A stretch of DNA of 64,000 nt from an uncultured Chlamydiae bacterium (GCA_963754655.1 CAVWGN010000001.1:2048001-2112000), one strand, 5' to 3'. Shown: positions 29,898 through 40,746, numbered from the stretch's first letter. Numbers and translations are program-made. The notes: generated by a model from the letters alone, not told the origin.

Positions 29898-30465
29898 CTA
29901 GTACTCAACCACACTAGTTTTGTGTATTTAGATTGCTTCAAAGCCCCGGGGTTGAATTGACGTAAGTGGGTCCATATTGCTAATATTGACCCACTTACGT
30001 CAATTCAACCCCGGGGTTAGGGTGTTCATTTTGTGCAAAAAATGAGCTTTATTTTTCACAATAATTGGCATAGTTAAATTGAAAGTCGCATGTTTATGCC
30101 GTCCTTTCAGGACTCGATGTCTTTTTGATAGAACCCAGGCCTCCGCTTCGCTGCGACCTGGGCTGTAACATGACGGCCCTTCAGGCCTTAACAAAAAGAT
30201 GATTTAGGGACTATAGAAGAGGGACTTAAACATCTCTTGTTAAGGCCTGAAGGGCCGTCATGTTACAGCCCAGGTCGCAGCGAAGCGGAGGCCTGGGTTC
30301 TATCAAAAAGACATCGAGTCCTGAAGGACGGCATAAACATGCGACTTTCAATTTAACTATGCCAATTATTGTGAAAAATAAAGCTCATTTTTTGCACAAA
30401 ATGAACACCCTACCCGGGCTTTGAAGCAGTCTAAATACATAAAAACTAGTGTGGTTGAGTACTAG
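29898..30465. mobile_element. Composite palindromic element copy 3: shell, 55 bp module (29953-30007) and core A (30018-30412), with CTAG target duplication
   Basis: CTAG at 29898-29901 and 30462-30465; the paralogous spacer near 32386 has a single TTAG with continuous flanks (empty site). Confidence 0.93.
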
Positions 30466-30647
30466 AATGGTTTTAAAATCCCTATGCGTTAATTTAAAAC
30501 CATCCTAATAGGCAAAAGCTAATGTAATCGAGTACACTAATCCTAGCATTTTGTAAACAGGCTCCCCGAGCACACGATGTAAAAACTCGGTTTAAGGAAA
30601 GAAAAGGCTTTGAGTCAATCTCATTCATTCCAATAATAAATTTTCCT

Positions 30648-32036
30648 TTAGCCGTTGTTAAAATTTAGATAAGGTTTGTAAGCAATGGTTAGACTATTTA
30701 ACCAGCTATTTATGTGATTTTTGATAAGATAATCTATACCACTTGTGTCAATTTTCTGACATTGTTTAACCAGCAACTCCTGTAGATTTGGCATCTTTTC
30801 AAGATATTGAATTCCTTGATTGTCAATATTAGGAAGAGAACTTAGAGCTAATTCCCTAAGAGTAGGATGCCGAGCAATAATCTGCAAGGCTGTGTTATTT
30901 ATCCTTTCTAATTCGTCTAGCTCTAACCTTTTTAAATTTAAATTGACCAAAACATTCTCGAGATCTACATTCGTTATTAATGGGCAATAACTGAGGCGTA
31001 AAGATATTAATTTCAGATGGCTCATTTTTTTAAAAAACTCTCCAGTTATTCGGCTTCGGGAAATCGCAAGGTGCCGTAGCTTTAGTTGATTTAAAGTAGA
31101 AGCACATTCATCGCCTATGACACCACCAAGATGTATGGAAGTTAAATTAGTCAAAGTCCTCAATCTTGCCACCTCTTGAACAGGAATATTTCGACCAAAA
31201 AGACCTAGGTGTTGTAATCCGGTCAACTGAGCAATAGGCTGAAAGCTGCCTAGTGTTGGCGTTGTACAATTACCCAAGATGAGCTCCTGCAGTCCAGTTT
31301 GTCTGGACAAGTAAGCAAAATCACTATTCGGAATTAGCCCACCTACCGTCCAAAGTCCTAGCCGTATTAGAGAAGTCGTAGCTACAGAAGATATCAACTG
31401 GTTGTTTTCTTCCATAGGGGTGCCCCGTATACGTAGAGTTTGTAACTTGGTAAGTGACTGGAGCACGGGCCTTAAGGCCGAGGCGTCTACGTTGCAGTAA
31501 GTTATCTCGAAGTGCTCAAGCTTTTGCAAAGCGGTAAAGCGTAAGAAGCCTTCAGAACTCAAGTTTGTAAATCTTCCGTTCAAGAGCAGCTTATTGAGAT
31601 TGGGTAACTGAATCAGTGAGCTCAGAGTTTCGTCATTAAATGAATAGCTACACTGGTCATTATTAGAGAGGTTAATTTCCAAAACTCTCAGGTCTTTGCA
31701 AGAGTGCTTAGACATCTCATTAAGCATAGCTTGTAGATAAAATGCTTCTCTTGATTTCTTGATGATAATTTTATCAGCATATGTAAAAACTAGAGAATAC
31801 AACTTTTTACTAGAACATAAAAGCCCCTGCAACTGAACAAGGTCTGTTTGCTGGATGATAGTCATCAAGACATCGGTGGGTAAACTAGTAAAAGGTCCTT
31901 CCTCTTGAATGCCTCTGATTTGATTAGCCTCAAAGCTAAGACTTTCTCTTCTTCTCTTTATGCCTCCTGATGGTCTCTCTTCTAGTGGATCACCATAAGG
32001 CATCATTGGTTGCATTGAACTGACGGCGGTATTCAT
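30648..32036 (-). CDS. F-box/LRR protein, array copy 5
   Basis: Paralog with the same architecture. Confidence 0.85.
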   Translation of the reverse strand: MNTAVSSMQPMMPYGDPLEERPSGGIKRRRESLSFEANQIRGIQEEGPFTSLPTDVLMTIIQQTDLVQLQGLLCSSKKLYSLVFTYADKIIIKKSREAFYLQAMLNEMSKHSCKDLRVLEINLSNNDQCSYSFNDETLSSLIQLPNLNKLLLNGRFTNLSSEGFLRFTALQKLEHFEITYCNVDASALRPVLQSLTKLQTLRIRGTPMEENNQLISSVATTSLIRLGLWTVGGLIPNSDFAYLSRQTGLQELILGNCTTPTLGSFQPIAQLTGLQHLGLFGRNIPVQEVARLRTLTNLTSIHLGGVIGDECASTLNQLKLRHLAISRSRITGEFFKKMSHLKLISLRLSYCPLITNVDLENVLVNLNLKRLELDELERINNTALQIIARHPTLRELALSSLPNIDNQGIQYLEKMPNLQELLVKQCQKIDTSGIDYLIKNHINSWLNSLTIAYKPYLNFNNG

Positions 32037-32371
32037 GATAGTCTGCTCCTAAAAATGTAGGGAAAGGGTTTTATTCATTTTATTCTTTTTGAATTGACGA
32101 CATATCAACAATAAAAATTATGTTAATATTTTTTTAATTTTTGAAAGTCAATTAGTTTTAAACCTTATATAATATGATTCGATTTTTTTTGCAATATTTA
32201 ATTAAATATTCACTAAAAAAGTTTATAAAATGCAAATTTTATTAAAAACATTTAAATAAATTTTATTCGAGCATGAATAATTTTTAATAATTTTCAAAAA
32301 AATGAGGGCTGAAATAAAGATTTCATAGATACAGATAATGGCAAAGCAAAAAACCTAAGTCCTCTTTGACA

Positions 32372-32458
32372 CTAACTTTTGCCTATTAGAACAGGTTTAA
32401 AATCCCTATGCGTTAAGTTAAAACCATCCTAATAGGCAAAAGCTAAAGTAATTGAGTA
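32372..32458. repeat. Older degenerate palindromic shell element (empty target of copy 3)
   Basis: CTTTTGCCTATTAG...CTAATAGGCAAAAG inverted repeat ending in GTAATTGAGTA, similar to shell end GTGGTTGAGTA. Confidence 0.65.
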
Positions 32459-32595
32459 ATCATGTTAGTATTTTGCAAACATGCTCCTATCCAAACACAC
32501 GGGCGTAAAAACTTGGTTTAAGGAAGGGAAATGAAAGAGCTTTTAGTCAATTTCATTCATGCAATAATAAATTCTCCTTTATTCCTTATTAAAGT

Positions 32596-33975
32596 TTAGA
32601 TAGGTCTGTAATAAATCTGTAAACTATTTAACCAGCTATTTATGTGATTTTTGATAAGGTAATCTATACCAATTGCGTCGATTTTCTGACATTTTTTAAC
32701 CAACAACCCCTGTAGATTTTGCATCTTTTCAAGATATTGAATGCCTTGATTGTCAATATTAGGAAGAGAACTTAGAGCTAATTCGCTAAGAGTAGGATGT
32801 TGAGCAATAATCTGCAAGGCTGTATTATTTAGCCTTTCTACTTTGTCTAGATCTAACCTTTCTAAATTTAAATTGACCAAAATGTTCCTGAGATCTACAT
32901 CGGTTATTAACGGGCAATTAGTGAGGCGTAAAGATGTTAATTTCAGATGGCTCATTTTTTTTAAAAACTCTCCAGTTATTCGGTCTCGAGGCGTGGAGGC
33001 AATCGCAAGGTGCCGCAGCTTTGGTTGAGTTAAAGTAGAGGCACATTCATCGTCTATGCAACCACTAAGATGTAAGGAAGTTAAATTAGTCAAAGTCTTC
33101 AATCTGGCCACCTCTTGAACAGGGATACTTTGACTAAAAATACCCAGGTGTTGTAATCCAGTCAATTGAGCAATAGGCTGAAAGCTATCTAGTGTTGGCG
33201 TTGTACAATTACCTAAGATGAGCTCCTGCAGTCCAGTTTGTTTGGATAGGTAAGCAAAATCAGTAGTCGGAATTGGCCTATCCGCTGTCCAAAGTCCTAG
33301 CCGTTTTAGAGAGGTTGTAGCCACAGAAGATATCAACTGGTCGTTTTCTCCCATATTGATGCCCCGTATGCGTAAAGTTTGCAACTTGGTAAGGGACTGG
33401 AGCACGGGTTTTAAGGCCGAGCCATCTACGTTGCAGTAAGCTATCTCAAAGTGCTCAAGCTTTTGCAAGGCAGTAAAGCGTAAGAAGCTGTCAGAACTCA
33501 AATTTGTCACTTGTTCACCCAATAAAAGCGTGTTGAGATTGGGTAACTGAATCAGTGAGCTCAGAGTTTCGTCATTAAATAAATTGCGAGACTGGTCACC
33601 ATTAGGGGGTTTAATCTCTACAACTCTCAGGTCTTTGCAAGAGTGCTTAGACATCTCATTAAGCATAGCTTGTAGATAAAACATCTCCCTTGATTTCTTG
33701 ATGATAATTTTATCAATATATGTAAAAACTAAAGAATACAACTTTTTGCTGGAACATAAAAGGCCCTGCAACTGAACAAGGTCTGTTTGCTGGATGATAG
33801 TCATCAAGATATCGGTCGGTAAACTAATAAAGAGTCCTTCTTCTTGAAGGTCTGTTATTTGATTAGCCTCAGAGCTAATACTTTCTCTCCTTCTTTTTAT
33901 GCCTCCTGATGATCTCTCTTCTAGAGAATTACTGTAAGTTATCATTGGTTGAATTGAGCTGATGGATGTATTCAT
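32596..33975 (-). CDS. F-box/LRR protein, array copy 6
   Basis: Paralog with the same architecture. Confidence 0.85.
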   Translation of the reverse strand: MNTSISSIQPMITYSNSLEERSSGGIKRRRESISSEANQITDLQEEGLFISLPTDILMTIIQQTDLVQLQGLLCSSKKLYSLVFTYIDKIIIKKSREMFYLQAMLNEMSKHSCKDLRVVEIKPPNGDQSRNLFNDETLSSLIQLPNLNTLLLGEQVTNLSSDSFLRFTALQKLEHFEIAYCNVDGSALKPVLQSLTKLQTLRIRGINMGENDQLISSVATTSLKRLGLWTADRPIPTTDFAYLSKQTGLQELILGNCTTPTLDSFQPIAQLTGLQHLGIFSQSIPVQEVARLKTLTNLTSLHLSGCIDDECASTLTQPKLRHLAIASTPRDRITGEFLKKMSHLKLTSLRLTNCPLITDVDLRNILVNLNLERLDLDKVERLNNTALQIIAQHPTLSELALSSLPNIDNQGIQYLEKMQNLQGLLVKKCQKIDAIGIDYLIKNHINSWLNSLQIYYRPI

Positions 33976-34425
33976 GATAGTCTGCTCCTAAAAATGTAGG
34001 AAAGGGTTTTATTTATTTTCTTGGCTTTTGAATTGACGACATATCAATAAGAAAAATTTTGTTAATATTTTTAAATTTTAAAATCAATTAATTCCAAAAA
34101 TTAATTTATATAAGTTTAGTCGATTTTTTGCAATATTTAATTAATTAAAAGATTCAAACAGCAAAAAAACTTATAAATTCAAGTTTTCTTAAAATTATTT
34201 AAATAAATTTTATTGAACTATAAATGATTTTTAGGAATTTTTTACACAAAAATGAAGGCTGAAATAAAGATTTTATAAATACAGATAATCTTAAAATAAA
34301 GAACCTAATTAGTTTTGCCACTTTGCACAGGCCGTAAAAACTTAGTTTAAGGAAGGGAAATAAAAGAACTTTGAGTCAATCTCATTCATTGCAATAATAA
34401 ATTTTTCTTTATTCCTTATTAAACT

Positions 34426-35805
34426 TTAGATAGGTCTGTAATAAATTTTTAAACTATTTAACCAGCTATTTATGTGATTTTTGATAAGGTAATCTATACC
34501 AATTGCGTCGATTTTCTGACATTGTTTAACCAGCAACCCCTTTAGATTTAGCATCTTTTCAAGATATTGAATTCCTTGATTGTCAATATTAGGAAGAGAA
34601 ATTAGAGCTAATTCGCTAAGAGTAGGATGCTGAGCAATAATCTGCAAGGCTGTGTTATTTAGCCCTTCTAATCTGTCTAGATCTAACCTTTCTAAATTTA
34701 AATTGACCAAAATGTTCCTGAGATCTACATCCGTTATTAACGGGCAATTAGTGAGGCGTAAAGATGTTAATTTCAGATGGCTCATTTTTTTTAAAAACTC
34801 TCCAGTTATTCGGCCTCGGGGCGTGGAGATAATCACAAGGTGCCGCAGCTTTGGTTGAGTTAAAGTAGAGGCACATTCATCGTCTAGGCAACCACCGAGA
34901 TGTAAGGAAGTTAAATTAGTCAAAGTCTTCAATCTTGCCACCTCTTGAACAGGAATATTTCGACTAAAAAGGCCCAGGTGTTGTAATCCAGTCAACTGAG
35001 CAATAGGCTGAAAGCTGTCTAGTGTTGGCGTTGTACAATTACCTAAGATGAGCTCCTGCAGTCCAGTTTGTCTGATTAGGTAAGCAAAATCACTAGTCGG
35101 AATTGGCCTATCCGCTGTCCAAAGTCCTAGCCGTTTTAGAGAGGTTGTAGCCACAGAAGATATCAACTGGTCGTTTTCTCCCATATTGATGCCCCGTATG
35201 CGTAAAGTTTGCAACTTGGTAAGGGACTGGAGCACGGGTTTTAAGGCCAAGCCACCTACCTTGCAGTAATCTATCTCGAAGTGCTCAAGCTTTTGCAAGG
35301 CAGTAAAGCGTAAGAAGCTCTCAGAACTTAAGTTTGTCACTTGTGCACCCAAGAATAGCGTGTTGAGATTGGGTAACTGAATCAGTGAGTTCAGAGTTTT
35401 GTCATTAAATAAATTGCGAGACTGGTCACCATTAGGGGGTTTAATCTCTACAACTCTTAGGTCTTTGCAAGAGTGCTTAGACATCTCATTAAGCATAGCT
35501 TGTAGATAAAACATCTCCCTTGATTTCTTGATGATAATTTTATCAGTATATGTAAAAACTAAAGAATACAACTTTTTGCTGGAACATAAAAGGCCCTGCA
35601 ACTGAACAAGGTCTGTTTGCTGGATGATAGTCATCAAGATATCGGTCGGTAAACTAATAAAGAGTCCTTCTTCTTGAAGGTCTGTTATTTGATTAGCCTC
35701 AGAGCTAACACTTTCTCTTCTTCTTTTTATGCCTCCTGATGATCTCTCTTCTAGAGAATTACTGTAAGTTATCATTGGTTGAATTGAGCTGATGGATGTA
35801 TTCAT
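34426..35805 (-). CDS. F-box/LRR protein, array copy 7
   Basis: Paralog, closest to copy 6. Confidence 0.85.
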   Translation of the reverse strand: MNTSISSIQPMITYSNSLEERSSGGIKRRRESVSSEANQITDLQEEGLFISLPTDILMTIIQQTDLVQLQGLLCSSKKLYSLVFTYTDKIIIKKSREMFYLQAMLNEMSKHSCKDLRVVEIKPPNGDQSRNLFNDKTLNSLIQLPNLNTLFLGAQVTNLSSESFLRFTALQKLEHFEIDYCKVGGLALKPVLQSLTKLQTLRIRGINMGENDQLISSVATTSLKRLGLWTADRPIPTSDFAYLIRQTGLQELILGNCTTPTLDSFQPIAQLTGLQHLGLFSRNIPVQEVARLKTLTNLTSLHLGGCLDDECASTLTQPKLRHLVIISTPRGRITGEFLKKMSHLKLTSLRLTNCPLITDVDLRNILVNLNLERLDLDRLEGLNNTALQIIAQHPTLSELALISLPNIDNQGIQYLEKMLNLKGLLVKQCQKIDAIGIDYLIKNHINSWLNSLKIYYRPI

Positions 35806-36141
35806 GATAGTTTGCTCCTAAAAATGTGTCAAAAATTTAAATTTATTTTACTTGCTGCTGGATTGAAAAAGTGTTAACAAGAAAAATTATATTAACATTT
35901 TTATTAAATTTAATAATAAATTAATCTAAACCCTCAATATACAAACAGATTCCATTTTTTTGCAATTGCTAATTAAAACAGCTAAGAAATACAAAAATAG
36001 CAAAGTTAATTTTTTAATTATTTATTAAATAAAATTTATTAAGTATGAATAACTTTTAGAGCTCTTTTAACAAGCAGAATGAAAATGGAATAAATCTCTC
36101 ATGAATAAGGTAAAGAAAATAAAAAGCTGATCTTAAGGGAT

Positions 36142-36834
36142 TTAGGAATTGGCTTCAATAAGAAAAAGAGTCGGATTTTCTTTAGACCAATGAGTTTTAA
36201 TTGGATCAAAAGAATGACGATGAATGGGACAGGGGCCATACCGTTCAAGTGCCTCCAAATGCTGGGCTGTCCCATATCCCTTATGCTTATCAAAGCCATA
36301 TAGAGGCCATTGGGCATGATAGGCATGCATCAAACGGTCGCGTGTCTCCTTAGCAATAATTGAAGCTGCTGCTATAGATTGCGAAAGCTGATCGCCTTTA
36401 ACAATTTTTTGACAGGGAAGAAGCGGATGGGGTAAACCTAATCCATCCACAAGCAAGCAATCCGGATAAACTGCAAGCTTATCAATCGCTTGCCACATTG
36501 CATGAATTGTTGCCTGATAAATATTTAAACGATCAATTTGTGCAGGTTCAATAATGCCAGTAGCATAGAAAATAGTCGGATCGGTAGTTAAACGCTCAAA
36601 TAGCCGCTTTCTGACTTTTGGTGTTAATTTTTTGCTGTCATTGACATCTGCGATGAGGAGCCCTCTGGGTAGAATGCAAACCGCTGCTACAACAGGACCC
36701 GCTAAAGGACCACGCCCTGCTTCATCCAGGCCTGCTGGGATTTTGTATCCCTGCTGATAAGCCTCTTCTTCATAAATGATCATTTGCTGTAGACGAAGTG
36801 TTTCTTCTTCATCTAATTCGGCTTCCTCCCTCAT
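36142..36834 (-). CDS. rnhB: Ribonuclease HII
   Basis: [39 protein letters not shown]; start set to ATG 36834 behind GGAGGG. Confidence 0.95.
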   Translation of the reverse strand: MREEAELDEEETLRLQQMIIYEEEAYQQGYKIPAGLDEAGRGPLAGPVVAAVCILPRGLLIADVNDSKKLTPKVRKRLFERLTTDPTIFYATGIIEPAQIDRLNIYQATIHAMWQAIDKLAVYPDCLLVDGLGLPHPLLPCQKIVKGDQLSQSIAAASIIAKETRDRLMHAYHAQWPLYGFDKHKGYGTAQHLEALERYGPCPIHRHSFDPIKTHWSKENPTLFLIEANS

Positions 36835-36993
36835 TCTCCCTCCATCAGTCAGGCGATCCAATTGCTGAGATCAGAAACAAAATATGTCATGCGGATGATG
36901 TCGCGTAGAAATCAACGTTGCATTCAGTCGCGCCACTAAGCCCAAAGGCAGGCACGGGCGACTGAACGCATCGCAGTTTAATTCGTAACATTG

Positions 36994-37428
36994 CTAGCTA
37001 TCAGCAACTTGCGATTCAACAGTTTCTTCTTGAGGCGCTACTTCATCTTTGACTGCCCCAAACCCGCTACGACGAGCACCATAACGACCCTTAACTTTTG
37101 CAGCTTTTCCAGAAGTTCCACGTAAATAGTAGAGCTTACTGCGGCGCACATGCCCTTCTTTAGCGACTTCAATTTTTGCAATGCGAGGACTATGCAACAT
37201 AAACACTCGCTCCATGCCTTCTCCATACGCCACGCGATGGACAGAAAATGTTTCAGAAAGTCCCGATCCCTTACGGGCAATGACAGTTCCTGTAAAAACT
37301 TGAAGTCTTTCCTTATCCCCTTCAATAATGCGCAGATGAACGCGAATGGTATCTCCAACCCGAAACGAAGGGATCGTCTTTTTCATTTGCTGGCTTGCCA
37401 GCTTTTCAATAACAGCCGATCGGCTCAT
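36994..37428 (-). CDS. rplS: 50S ribosomal protein L19
   Basis: [32 protein letters not shown]. Confidence 0.97.
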   Translation of the reverse strand: MSRSAVIEKLASQQMKKTIPSFRVGDTIRVHLRIIEGDKERLQVFTGTVIARKGSGLSETFSVHRVAYGEGMERVFMLHSPRIAKIEVAKEGHVRRSKLYYLRGTSGKAAKVKGRYGARRSGFGAVKDEVAPQEETVESQVADS

Positions 37429-37517
37429 GATCTATTCTCCTAACAATTTAATCTTTTTCTGCTGAGCAGGAAAGCCAACTTTCCATGTCAAGCAATTCTT
37501 TTATTTTTATCACTCTA

Positions 37518-38183
37518 TCATAAAAGGTCTGGTCGAATGTCTTGTGTCTTTTTTAAAGCTTGTTCTCGACGCCATTTGGCAATTTCTTGGTGATTGCCAC
37601 TTAATAACACACAGGGAACAGCATGCCCTTCAAACATCTCTGGACGAGTATAATGGGGACAATCCAACAATCCTTTTTCAAAAGAGTCTTCCTCAGCAGC
37701 CAACGCATGTCCAAGGACACCCGGGATAAATCGAATGACACTATCTATAATGACAATGGCAGCGAGACATCCATTAGTGAGGACGTAATCCCCTATACTA
37801 ATTTCTTCATCCACTTCATGATCTAATACGCGTTGATCAATTCCTTCATAATGACCGCATAAAAGAATTAACTGAGTCTCGTTTGCCAGTTCTCGGCACT
37901 TGACTGCTGTTAATCGTCTTCCTTGCGGTGTCAAATAAATCACACGGCTTTGGGGAGTCTTCACATGGCGAATGGCTGCCGTCACTGGCTGCGGCATCAT
38001 CACCATTCCTGGTCCCCCGCCATAAGGCCGATCATCCACCCGACGATAGCGATTATCCGCAAAATCCCGAATATCCGTTAAACGAATATTGACTAATCCC
38101 TTTTCCCTAGCCCGTTTGATCATACTTTCATCAAACGGCCCTGTAAAATATCCCGGAAAAAGGGAAAGGATATCAATCAGCAC
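37518..38183 (-). CDS. trmD: tRNA (guanine37-N1)-methyltransferase
   Basis: VDDRPYGGGPGM, CGHYEGIDQR, SIGDYVL, LLSGNH. Confidence 0.97.
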   Translation of the reverse strand: MLIDILSLFPGYFTGPFDESMIKRAREKGLVNIRLTDIRDFADNRYRRVDDRPYGGGPGMVMMPQPVTAAIRHVKTPQSRVIYLTPQGRRLTAVKCRELANETQLILLCGHYEGIDQRVLDHEVDEEISIGDYVLTNGCLAAIVIIDSVIRFIPGVLGHALAAEEDSFEKGLLDCPHYTRPEMFEGHAVPCVLLSGNHQEIAKWRREQALKKTQDIRPDLL

Positions 38184-38184
38184 G

Positions 38185-38517
38185 TTAAGCTTGAACCTTT
38201 TTCTTAGCTTTGCGTTTCATCGCTATTTTAGTACGATGAGCGTGCTTTTTTTCTGTTTGCTCCTGAATAATATGTGGAGCACTCTTACGAATGAGATTCG
38301 CTGCATTGTCAGTTAATTGCGCTCCCACGTTCAGCCAATGCTGAATGCGGTCTGTTTTGATCGCTAATTTCTTGTCATCTGCTTCTTCGATTGGATTATA
38401 CCAACCAAGAGCTTCGACATACTTGCCATCTCTTGGCGAACGTGAATCTGTCACGACCAAGCGGTAGAAAGCTCGATTTGTGCGACCTTGTTGCCGCAAT
38501 CTAATTTTTAACGCCAT
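38185..38517 (-). CDS. rpsP: 30S ribosomal protein S16
   Basis: MALKIRL, FYRLVVTDSRSPRDGKYVEALGWYNP. Confidence 0.97.
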   Translation of the reverse strand: MALKIRLRQQGRTNRAFYRLVVTDSRSPRDGKYVEALGWYNPIEEADDKKLAIKTDRIQHWLNVGAQLTDNAANLIRKSAPHIIQEQTEKKHAHRTKIAMKRKAKKKVQA

Positions 38518-39836
38518 AGGGATCCTCCCAGCATCTTTTCTAATTGTTTCATATTTGGCATGTTTTTAAAAAATTGTTTGGCTTGTTTAAATGATTTAAC
38601 AAGCTTATTCACATCTTCAATTTTTGTTCCACTTCCCTGTGCAATCCGTTTACGCCTTGGTGTTGTGAGTTCACATTTTTCTGTTCGCTCAGCGCGCGTC
38701 ATGGAGAGAATCATGGCTTCAATTTTAAAGAATTCCTTCTCATCAAAATCCATCGTTGGCATTTGTCCCATTCCTGGTAACATTCCCAACAAGCTTTTGA
38801 TCGAACCCATTTTCTTGACCGTCTGAATCTGTTTGAGATAGTCATCATAGGTAAATGTCGCGGTGCGGATCTTTTGTTCTAGCTTTTGAGCTTCCGCCTC
38901 GTCAATATGCTCTTGCGCTTTTTTGACGAGGTTGATGGTATCTCCCATACCTAGAATACGATCTGCCATAGAATTAGGATTGAACATTTGGATATCATCT
39001 ACCCTCTCCCCTATTCCTTCAAACTTCAGCGGCTTGCCTGTCACTTCGCGAATGGAAATGGCTGCTCCCCCACGGGTATTTCCATCCAGCATGGTCAAAA
39101 TTGAACCTGTGACTGCCATGCGCTTATTAAATTCAGTCGCCACATTGACGGCATCTTGCCCCGTTGTTGCATTGGCAACAAATAAAATCTCTTGTGGCTG
39201 CAAGACCTCCTTCATCTTCTCTAATTGAGTCATCAATTCGTCATCAATGTGAAGACGTCCTGCTGTATCAACAATTAAGACATCGTGCTTGCCCTCTTTG
39301 GCCTGCCTGAGTGCTTCTTTGGCCACACGAATAGGATCTTTTTCTCCTAGCAAAGAAAAAACTGGAACTCCAATCTGCTGTCCCAATGTTTTCAATTGAT
39401 CTATCGCTGCTGGCCGCTGCAAATCACAAGCAACGAGCAAGGGATTTTTCGCTTCCCCTTTCTTCTTCAAATATTTGGCCAGTTTAGCACAATGAGTCGT
39501 TTTCCCCGATCCCTGCAAGCCACATAACATCACCACACCTGGTTGGCCTGATAACTGCAATCCCTCTTCGCTACCACCCATTAATGCAACTAATTCATCA
39601 TGCACAATTTTAATGAACTGCTGACCAGGTGTTACCGATTTGAGAACCTGTTCACCTAAAGCCTTTTCTCTTATCTGCTTAACAAGGGTCTTTGTTACAC
39701 TATAATTGACATCAGCTTCCAATAAAGCCAAACGCACATCATTGACAGCCTCAGAAATATTTTCCTCTGTTAACCGTTTTTTTCCTGTCAACGAAGAAAA
39801 GACATTTTGCAACTTTGTTGTCAATGCTCCTAGCAT
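38508..39836 (-). CDS. ffh: Signal recognition particle protein Ffh
   Basis: GLQGSGKTT, DTAGR, RILGMGD, Met-rich M domain. Confidence 0.97.
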   Translation of the reverse strand: MLGALTTKLQNVFSSLTGKKRLTEENISEAVNDVRLALLEADVNYSVTKTLVKQIREKALGEQVLKSVTPGQQFIKIVHDELVALMGGSEEGLQLSGQPGVVMLCGLQGSGKTTHCAKLAKYLKKKGEAKNPLLVACDLQRPAAIDQLKTLGQQIGVPVFSLLGEKDPIRVAKEALRQAKEGKHDVLIVDTAGRLHIDDELMTQLEKMKEVLQPQEILFVANATTGQDAVNVATEFNKRMAVTGSILTMLDGNTRGGAAISIREVTGKPLKFEGIGERVDDIQMFNPNSMADRILGMGDTINLVKKAQEHIDEAEAQKLEQKIRTATFTYDDYLKQIQTVKKMGSIKSLLGMLPGMGQMPTMDFDEKEFFKIEAMILSMTRAERTEKCELTTPRRKRIAQGSGTKIEDVNKLVKSFKQAKQFFKNMPNMKQLEKMLGGSLWR

Positions 39837-39897
39837 GTAACACCTTGCCTATCATTTTTTAAAACAATTCATAAATGAAAATAGAATACTTAAAAAA

Positions 39898-40746
39898 TCA
39901 TTCATTTTCAAGGAAAAAGAAGCGATTATGACCAGCCCAGTCATTTTCAATCCAACTCTTTTTCCAAGAAGAGCCTTGAAAAACTCTTTGCACTGCCTCG
40001 CCTTGTCGATAGCCAATCTCTAACCATACTTGTGCCTTAGGAAATAAATAATTGGGCAATTCATGTGCTAAGCGCTCATACATCTCTAATCCCGTCTCTC
40101 CTCCTACGAGGGCTAAACGTGGTTCATAGTCTTTTACCTCTTTATCTAGTATAGCATACTCACTTTCAGAAATATAGGGGGGATTGCATACCAGATAATG
40201 AGCTTTGCTTCCCTTAAAAGGAGCCAAAAGATCTCCTTTTAAACAGATAACATCGACTTCATTTTCTTTGGCATTGCGAGCAGTCAAAGCGATAGCTTCC
40301 TCTGAGCAGTCAGATAAATAAACCGACAGATCAGGAAATTTTTTTTTCAAAGCAATTCCTATACAACCCGATCCGCAGCAGACATCCCAAAGCAGTTTTC
40401 CCTGCAAATTTTGCTGTTTAAGAACCGTCGCTACTTTATCAACTAAAATTTCGGTTTCTGGACGAGGAATTAAAACGGCTGGGCTGACTTCAATTAAACA
40501 TCCATAAAACTGCACTTTACCCGCAAGATAGGCCAAAGGCTCACCTTGCAACCGCCGCTGCATCCAAAATTGAGCTTTCCTTTCCTCTTCTTCACTTAAT
40601 TGCTGTTGCCGGTCAAAATAAAGTTGCGCACGTGTGCAATCGAGCATCTCACAAAGAAGATCTTCTGCCTGGCGTTGGGAATGGGACAATTCATGATAAC
40701 GAAAGACGTTGGCAATCTCTGCCAACACTTCTTTGATTAACTTCAT
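39898..40746 (-). CDS. prmC: Release factor glutamine methyltransferase
   Basis: VLIPRPETE, DVCCGSGCI, NPPY; directly downstream of prfA. Confidence 0.95.
   Translation of the reverse strand: MKLIKEVLAEIANVFRYHELSHSQRQAEDLLCEMLDCTRAQLYFDRQQQLSEEEERKAQFWMQRRLQGEPLAYLAGKVQFYGCLIEVSPAVLIPRPETEILVDKVATVLKQQNLQGKLLWDVCCGSGCIGIALKKKFPDLSVYLSDCSEEAIALTARNAKENEVDVICLKGDLLAPFKGSKAHYLVCNPPYISESEYAILDKEVKDYEPRLALVGGETGLEMYERLAHELPNYLFPKAQVWLEIGYRQGEAVQRVFQGSSWKKSWIENDWAGHNRFFFLENE

Noticed and set aside
23066..35805. Diversity-generating retroelement behind LRR variation
   Set aside because: No reverse transcriptase or template repeat in the window; differences are spread along the genes and do not appear adenine-specific.
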